64,000 nt of DNA from an uncultured Peptococcaceae bacterium (GTDB taxonomy: Bacteria > Bacillota > Dehalobacteriia > UBA7702). Under the pieces are notes generated by a model. That model saw nothing but the letters and a program-made list of their open reading frames with translations, was not told where the DNA came from and did no database searches. Shown here one piece after another: positions 58,512-64,000 of this stretch. Position 1 is the first letter of the stretch, and every line of letters begins with the position of its first letter. Location of the stretch: the NCBI GenBank assembly GCA_964637365.1, contig CAZWWH010000002.1:11528-75527 (forward strand), given 5' to 3'. The position numbers were made by a program, and so were the translations under genes.

Positions 58512-59735
58512 ATGAGCTTTTGTACAATTGAAGATGCGATTTCTGAATTAAAACAAGGTAAAATGATTATTGTTGTGGACGATCCCAATCGCGAGAATGA
58601 GGGTGATTTGATTTGTGCGGCGGAATTTGCCACGACAGAAAATGTAAATTTTATGGCCAGCTATGGCAAGGGCCTGATTTGTATGCCAATGAGTAGTACC
58701 CATATTCACCGTCTTGGCCTTCGACAAATGGTGGAACATAATACTGACAATCATGAGACTGCTTTTACTGAGAGCATTGACTATGTAACTACTACCACAG
58801 GTATTTCTGCGGTGGAGCGCTCTGTAACGGCTATGAAAGCTGCGGAGGACTCTGCTCGCCCAGCTGATTTCCGTCGTCCTGGCCATATGTTCCCTCTAGA
58901 AGCTAAAGCTGGAGGCGTTTTGGTTCGCAATGGTCATACTGAAGCTACCGTGGATCTAATGAGACTTTCGGGTTTAAAAGAAATCGGCTTATGTTGTGAA
59001 ATTATGCGGGAGGATGGTACCATGATGCGTACCTCTGAACTAATGGAATTTGCCAAAGAGCATGGTTTGAAAATTACTTCCATTAAGGCGCTCCAGGCTT
59101 ACCGTAAAATGAATGATAAATTTATGGTGCGCGCCACAACTTCCCAGCTTCCCACGAAATATGGACGTTTTACCCTTCATGGCTATATCAATACCATCAC
59201 TCAAAAGCATCATGTGGCTTTAGTGATGGGAGATGTTGCCGATGGCGCGCCTGTTTTATGCCGGATGCACTCCGAGTGTCTCACTGGTGATGTGTTCGGC
59301 TCCTGCCGCTGTGATTGTGGCTTGCAGTTAGATTCTGCGTTACGCCAGATTGCAGAAGAAGGACGCGGCATTTTGGTTTATCTCCGTCAAGAGGGACGCG
59401 GTATTGGGTTAATTAATAAACTCAAAGCCTATGAGCTTCAGGAGAAAGGCCTTGATACTGTGGAAGCGAACATTGAGCTGGGATTTGCTCCGGATTTGCG
59501 GGATTACAGTGAGGGCAGTCAAATTTTAAAGGATCTGGGTGCCACCAAGTTACGTTTGCTGACTAACAATCCTACAAAAATATCAGGTCTTGCTGATTAT
59601 GGCATTGATATTGTAGAGCGGGTCAGCACGGAAATGCCCACCAATCCTTATAATGAATTCTACATGGAAACCAAAAAAGAAAAAATGGGTCATCTTTTAG
59701 AGCATATTGATGGTCACCATCATAAAGAAGCATAA
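58512..59735 (+). CDS. ribBA: Bifunctional 3,4-dihydroxy-2-butanone-4-phosphate synthase / GTP cyclohydrolase II
   Basis: DHBP synthase N-domain (RENEGDLI). GCH-II C-domain (CxRxC...C zinc motif CRCDCGLQ). Confidence 0.85.
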   Translation: MSFCTIEDAISELKQGKMIIVVDDPNRENEGDLICAAEFATTENVNFMASYGKGLICMPMSSTHIHRLGLRQMVEHNTDNHETAFTESIDYVTTTTGISAVERSVTAMKAAEDSARPADFRRPGHMFPLEAKAGGVLVRNGHTEATVDLMRLSGLKEIGLCCEIMREDGTMMRTSELMEFAKEHGLKITSIKALQAYRKMNDKFMVRATTSQLPTKYGRFTLHGYINTITQKHHVALVMGDVADGAPVLCRMHSECLTGDVFGSCRCDCGLQLDSALRQIAEEGRGILVYLRQEGRGIGLINKLKAYELQEKGLDTVEANIELGFAPDLRDYSEGSQILKDLGATKLRLLTNNPTKISGLADYGIDIVERVSTEMPTNPYNEFYMETKKEKMGHLLEHIDGHHHKEA

Positions 59736-59753
59736 GAAAGGGACGTGAGAGTT

Positions 59754-60218
59754 ATGAAAAAAGTAGAAGCACAGCTTATCGGTAATGGATTAAAAGTGGC
59801 GATTATTGCAGCCCGTTTCAATGAATTTATCACCGGCCGCTTGATTGAAGGAGCAGAGGATGGACTCGTTCGGCACGGTGTCAATACAGATGACATTACT
59901 TTATACCGTGTACCCGGCGCTTTTGAGATTCCTGTAGCCGCTCAGAAAGCTGCTGGCAAAGGCGATGTGGATGCAGTGATTTGTCTTGGTGCTGTCATTC
60001 GTGGTAATACCCCTCATTTTGACTATGTGGCAGCAGAGGTCTCTAAAGGCTGCGCACAGGTAAGTCTTGCTAGCGGTAAACCTGTGGTTTTTGGCGTGTT
60101 GACCACCGATACCATTGAACAGGCCATCGAACGTGCCGGTACCAAGGCCGGAAACAAAGGGTATGATGCAGCTGTTACTGCCATTGAAATGGCAAATCTG
60201 ATGGGAATGTTTGAATGA
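59754..60218 (+). CDS. ribH: 6,7-dimethyl-8-ribityllumazine synthase
   Basis: Lumazine synthase fold ([13 protein letters not shown]...VPGAFEIP). Confidence 0.85.
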   Translation: MKKVEAQLIGNGLKVAIIAARFNEFITGRLIEGAEDGLVRHGVNTDDITLYRVPGAFEIPVAAQKAAGKGDVDAVICLGAVIRGNTPHFDYVAAEVSKGCAQVSLASGKPVVFGVLTTDTIEQAIERAGTKAGNKGYDAAVTAIEMANLMGMFE

Positions 60219-60847
60219 AACGTTGTGTTTTAGTTTGTAACGGTGCCTTTAATGACTTGGAATTTCATAAAAATCTCCTAAAAGAGAATGATTATATTAT
60301 TGCTGCTGACGGCGGCGCCAATCATTGCCGAAAAATGGGAGTAACACCCCATTTATTATTGGGAGATTTCGATTCCATTCATCAAGAAACCGATGACTGC
60401 TTTTCAAAAATTCCTCATCTTAAAGTTCCCTCGGATAAGGATTTTACGGATATCGTTTTGGGAATTGAGGAGGGCTCAAAAAGGGGGTATTCCGAAATTT
60501 TGATTTTAGGGGCTTTGGGTGGAAAGCGAATTGATATGGAACTCAGTAATCTTTTATTATTATCTCAATACCAGGAATCCATTGAAATTGTTGACGAAAC
60601 CCGTAGGATTCGCTGTATTCATGAAGGAGAGTCTGTTTCTATTCATGGTTGGAAAAACCAGTATCTTTCCATAATACCATTAACCCCTTTGGTAAAGACC
60701 GGTCCCAGTCAGGGGCTAAAATATCCTTTAATGGGGTTGGCGTTTTCCTTCGGGGATACTCTGGGAATTAGCAATGAAATTAATGCAGAAATTGCCGAGG
60801 TTTCAGTGCTGGAGGGCAAGGCTCTATTGATTTGTCAAAAAAAATAA
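60215..60847 (+). CDS. Thiamine pyrophosphokinase
   Basis: TPK catalytic motifs (IAADGGANH..., GDFDS) and C-terminal thiamine-binding domain. Confidence 0.7.
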   Translation: MKRCVLVCNGAFNDLEFHKNLLKENDYIIAADGGANHCRKMGVTPHLLLGDFDSIHQETDDCFSKIPHLKVPSDKDFTDIVLGIEEGSKRGYSEILILGALGGKRIDMELSNLLLLSQYQESIEIVDETRRIRCIHEGESVSIHGWKNQYLSIIPLTPLVKTGPSQGLKYPLMGLAFSFGDTLGISNEINAEIAEVSVLEGKALLICQKK

Positions 60848-60864
60848 TCACAAAATAGCAGGAT

Positions 60865-61494
60865 ATGACAGATAAAGGTCGTAATATAATATCATTCAGG
60901 AAAATATGCCATATGAATAAAAAAGAAGAATTCATTAATATCTATCAAGAGAATATCCATCGTGACGGTGCTCATCAGTTGCTTGACTATTTGAAGCATA
61001 AATGCGATTTCTTTACAGCACCTGCCAGCGCACGCTTTCATTTATCACATGAAGGAGGTCTTGTGACTCATAGCCTTAATGTATATGACTGTTTGAAGGC
61101 TTATATGGAACGCAGTCGTGTACGCGAGGAATATGGACTCATTGCCAGTGATGAGACCATTGCCATTGTAGCATTGCTCCATGACCTTTGCAAAATTGAT
61201 TGCTACAAACCGGGATTTCGTAATGTTAAGGATGAAAACGGAATATGGCAGCGCGTGCCATCGTATGACTATGAGGACAAACTGCCCTATGGTCACGGTG
61301 AAAAGTCTGTCTACATCATTAGTGGGTTTATGCGTCTCACCCGGGAAGAGGCTTTTGCTATTCGTTACCATATGGGATTTTCTGGTACGGAGGATAACCG
61401 TAGCGTTGGGGATAGCTTTCGTCGTTATCCTTTGGCTTTTGCTCTATCTACTGCCGATATGGAGGCCACTTATTTTCTTGAAAACAATGAATAA
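60865..61494 (+). CDS. HD-domain phosphohydrolase
   Basis: His...HD motif (FHLSHEGG...LLHDLCK). Start may instead be the internal Met at ~60913. Confidence 0.5.
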   Translation: MTDKGRNIISFRKICHMNKKEEFINIYQENIHRDGAHQLLDYLKHKCDFFTAPASARFHLSHEGGLVTHSLNVYDCLKAYMERSRVREEYGLIASDETIAIVALLHDLCKIDCYKPGFRNVKDENGIWQRVPSYDYEDKLPYGHGEKSVYIISGFMRLTREEAFAIRYHMGFSGTEDNRSVGDSFRRYPLAFALSTADMEATYFLENNE

Positions 61495-61515
61495 GAGAAT
61501 GAATAAGAGAAGGTT

Positions 61516-62082
61516 TTGACCATGAAATATGGAAATGGGGTAGGGTATTCCAGTAAGTTTCAATTGCCGGAATACCGAATAACACCCAGTTTTTTGGCAA
61601 GAATATCACCGAATTTGCCGCTTATTATCAGTATTTTACTATTAGTGGCAATGTTATTTCTTGGTTTTTTTAATATTATTTCCTGGGGGATAATGCTGGT
61701 AGTTAGCGGTCTAGTGGGTATTGTAATGTCAATTTTATCCATGTCCATTGCTAATATCCACAGGAAATCTACCCTTAAACCTGATCGTGAAGCGATCTTA
61801 AAGAAAAAAGTTATTGTTAAAAGCAAGTCAAAAGGTAGTGTAATTCACCGACTTGTATTTGAGTTTTCCAATGGTTCTCAATATTACTTGGATCTTGTAA
61901 ACCAGGATGAGTTGTTCCAGTATTACAATGTCGGAGACCGCGTCTGTGTTCATGGCGGATATACCTATCCGGAAAAATATGAAAAACTCTTCGATGATAA
62001 AATTGTTTGCATATCCTGCGGTCACCTATATCTTACGGAAACACAGCGTTGTCGCCACTGTCAATTAACACTTTTAAAGTAA
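61516..62082 (+). CDS. Hypothetical membrane protein with C-terminal Cys4 zinc-ribbon-like motif
   Basis: Two TM helices (residues ~30-75). C-terminal CISCGH...CRHC. Confidence 0.4.
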   Translation: MTMKYGNGVGYSSKFQLPEYRITPSFLARISPNLPLIISILLLVAMLFLGFFNIISWGIMLVVSGLVGIVMSILSMSIANIHRKSTLKPDREAILKKKVIVKSKSKGSVIHRLVFEFSNGSQYYLDLVNQDELFQYYNVGDRVCVHGGYTYPEKYEKLFDDKIVCISCGHLYLTETQRCRHCQLTLLK

Positions 62083-62264
62083 AAATACCCGTGTTTTTAA
62101 AGAACACGGGTTTCGTCTTTTTTCGAAAATATTATTTACAAATCGACAAAAAATGTTATAATTATTAATTGACTACGAAGTAAAGGAGGTTTGGTAAGTA
62201 AGCTCTGCGGCGCACCTCGCTGGGACGGCCGCAAAGGGGAGATTCAATAGAAAGGGGTAAAACA

Positions 62265-63674
62265 ATGACAGAACAAGCACACACCTTAAAAAAACATAAG
62301 GTAACGACAACAACAGTATTTTTTATGATTTTTTGCATGGTTTGCGCCGGAGCTTATGGTATCGAGGATATGATTCCGACCTCAGGCCCCGGACTTACTC
62401 TGTTGCTTTTGGTGGTATTACCATTTTTTTGGAGTATACCCCAGGGCCTTGTCGCCGCTGAACTGGGGTCAGCGATTCCGGAGGAGGGCGGTTATTATAA
62501 GTGGATCCAACGGGCTTTGGGAGAATTTTGGGGCTTTCAGGCTTGTTGGTGGCGAACCGTTTCTATCTATGTGGATTCCACACTTTATGTTATTTTATCG
62601 GTTGGCTATATTTCTTCTATTTTTCCATTAGACAGTTGGCAGGAATTTGCACTAAAGGTGTTTTTTATATTGGCGTTTACTTACGTCAATATACTTGGTT
62701 TACAATCGGTAGGGCGGATCGCATCCTATTTTTCGATTATCGTTATTGGTTCCTTTATTGCCCTTATTTTTGTGGGGGCCGCCAATTTTCAATATAACCC
62801 GGTGACGCCCTTTATTCCGGAAGGGCAGGGACTTCTGGAAAGCATTGGACTTGGTATTGCCATCTGTATGTGGATGTATGCTGGATATGAATCAATGTCT
62901 ACAATGGCAGGAGAAATGGAAAATCCGCAAGTAATCCCTAAAGCTACAATTTTGTCAGTGCCAGCAATTATGCTTTTATATATTTTGTCGACGGCAGCTT
63001 GTTTGGGAGCAGTCGGTAATTGGCAATCCTGGGGCGTTGAGGATGGCATTTCCTTTGGCAGCGTGGCGCACTTATTAGGCCATCCCATTCTGGGATTTGT
63101 TTTTGTTATTACGGCAGTTATTGCAAATTTGTCAATGTATAATACCTATTTGGCATCGGGTTCCAGAGGATTTTTTTCCTTGGCAGATGACAACTTGAGT
63201 CCAAGATTTCTTAAGAAAATACATCCCAAGCATAAAACGCCGTATATTGCAGTCATTAGTATGGCAGTGATAAATCTTATTCTCTGTCAATTTGGATTCG
63301 ACACCCTGGTGGTTATCGATGTTTTCCTTTTGATGTTCGCCTATATCCTAATTTATATCGCTGCCATTGTTCTGCGAATCAAAGAGCCAGAGTTGAAGCG
63401 TCCTTTCCGCATTCCTTTGGGGATAAAAGGTCTGACTATTTTATGTATTAGCCCGATTGTTTTAGCTGTAATCGCACTTTTTACTAATGGTTTAGATTAT
63501 TTTATCGGCGGTTGCTTAGGAGCAATTTCCGGACCTGTCGCCTACATCATTTGCAAAAAAGTATATGGTGGTGTGGATGGCAGCAAAAGAATTCTCTCAA
63601 AAGACAAAAAGTCCATGATTATTTTATGTGGAGTGATGATAATTTTTATGGCTGGCGGACTGATTCTTTTTTAA
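62265..63674 (+). CDS. APC-family amino acid permease
   Basis: 12-TM APC-superfamily architecture. RBS AAAGGGG. Confidence 0.65.
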   Translation: MTEQAHTLKKHKVTTTTVFFMIFCMVCAGAYGIEDMIPTSGPGLTLLLLVVLPFFWSIPQGLVAAELGSAIPEEGGYYKWIQRALGEFWGFQACWWRTVSIYVDSTLYVILSVGYISSIFPLDSWQEFALKVFFILAFTYVNILGLQSVGRIASYFSIIVIGSFIALIFVGAANFQYNPVTPFIPEGQGLLESIGLGIAICMWMYAGYESMSTMAGEMENPQVIPKATILSVPAIMLLYILSTAACLGAVGNWQSWGVEDGISFGSVAHLLGHPILGFVFVITAVIANLSMYNTYLASGSRGFFSLADDNLSPRFLKKIHPKHKTPYIAVISMAVINLILCQFGFDTLVVIDVFLLMFAYILIYIAAIVLRIKEPELKRPFRIPLGIKGLTILCISPIVLAVIALFTNGLDYFIGGCLGAISGPVAYIICKKVYGGVDGSKRILSKDKKSMIILCGVMIIFMAGGLILF

Positions 63675-63729
63675 TCAATGATAATTAAGCGCAAGCGGAA
63701 TACAACCGCTTGCGCTTTTTGTTATTATT

Positions 63730-64000
63730 TTAAGATTGACTGCAAAGGTAGATAGAATTTTCGATAGCTTTAAAGAATCCAGATTTGTTGATGTTATAAG
63801 GAGAAGGGAGCTCAATGAGAGCGGAATACATTCCTTGTTCTTTGCCATAACCAGCCAAATACCCCTTAAACCCTACAAGTCCTGACTCAAAGGCCATTTC
63901 CTTTTCCTGTTGGGGAAGATACGTTACATTGTTGGCGGATAAGCCTGCACTACTTGAGAAGAGAACCTTATAGGGAAGCCCCATATTTTCTTTAAAAATA
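63730..64000 (-). CDS. Hypothetical protein, 3' portion (gene continues beyond window end)
   Basis: Open frame reaching the window edge, convergent with the permease. No family assigned. Confidence 0.25.
   Translation of the reverse strand, partial: IFKENMGLPYKVLFSSSAGLSANNVTYLPQQEKEMAFESGLVGFKGYLAGYGKEQGMYSALIELPSPYNINKSGFFKAIENSIYLCSQS

Noticed and set aside
62100-62264. GC-rich leader upstream of the APC permease (CTCTGCGGCGCACCTCGCTGGGACGGCCGCAAAGGGGAG) considered as a glycine/THF/ZTP riboswitch
   Set aside because: It lacks the diagnostic conserved cores of those classes (no tandem GGAGAG/ACCGAAGG, no AGAGTAG/GTTAAGTG). It could still be an unclassified leader but the evidence is insufficient.
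1-64000. CRISPR arrays, prophage or transposase genes, restriction-modification or other defence systems
   Set aside because: I detected no short regularly spaced repeats, no integrase or transposase-like ORFs, and no methyltransferase/endonuclease pairs.

Overview
This 64 kb window is from a low-GC, spore-forming Firmicute (sporulation genes ytfJ/gerW, S2P protease, prkC/stp, SLH-domain surface proteins). GC is roughly 40%, judged by eye.

The flanks are ordinary housekeeping and synteny:
- 1-6.3 kb: CBS/polyA-polymerase tRNA nucleotidyltransferase, S2P protease, trpS, scpA, scpB, ytfI-like gene, ytfJ.
- 42.5-64 kb: nrdDG, priA-def-fmt-rsmB-rlmN-stp-prkC-rsgA-rpe, an FMN-riboswitch rib operon (ribD-ribE-ribBA-ribH), thiamine pyrophosphokinase, an APC permease.

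The accessory region at about 6.3-21 kb is the interesting part. It holds four cobalamin (B12) riboswitch-like elements recognisable from the conserved core (GGTGAAATCC...CGG.CC.GCCACTGTGA). One is on the + strand and three are on the - strand. Three have a near-consensus sigma70 promoter upstream (the fourth promoter is weaker), and all four end in an intrinsic terminator. They flank a set of cell-surface proteins:
- an SLH-anchored Big_2 protein carrying a DUF4430 (transcobalamin-like C-terminal / beta domain);
- a 956-aa lipoprotein built from prenyltransferase/terpene-cyclase-like alpha/alpha-toroid repeats (the fold of the transcobalamin/intrinsic-factor alpha domain), plus two internal beta-domain repeats and a C-terminal TM anchor;
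- an acidic 271-aa lipoprotein with DUF4430;
- a second SLH-DUF4430 protein.

Next to these sits a riboswitch-controlled group-I ECF-type transporter operon: EcfT, a fused duplicated EcfAA' ATPase, and two tandem large S-component-like membrane paralogs. The two paralog genes share a 100% identical 0.9 kb tract, so they are a very recent duplication or gene-conversion product, and diverge only in their 3' ends.

My reading is a modular, B12-riboswitch-regulated corrinoid capture and uptake system in which the transcobalamin-like alpha and beta domains are split across separate surface proteins. One of the four riboswitches is an 'orphan' with no downstream gene and faces the convergent DUF4430 gene. 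It may be a riboswitch-containing sRNA or antisense regulator.

Immediately downstream (21-27.5 kb) is a sigma54-controlled locus consistent with quaternary-amine demethylation: a PAS-sigma54 activator, a canonical -24/-12 promoter (TGGCAC-N5-TTGCA), an MttB-superfamily corrinoid-dependent methyltransferase, an MFS transporter and a BCCT transporter. This fits a strong corrinoid demand.

Other notable features:
- a Fur-family (Zur) gene with znuACB, preceded by two perfect 23-bp palindromic operators, and followed by a small protein with a His/Cys-rich metal-binding tail;
- a dfx-hrb oxidative-stress pair;
- a frameshifted DUF308-like membrane gene;
- an FAD-oxidoreductase/Rieske fusion.

I found no CRISPR arrays, tRNA or rRNA genes, or transposases.
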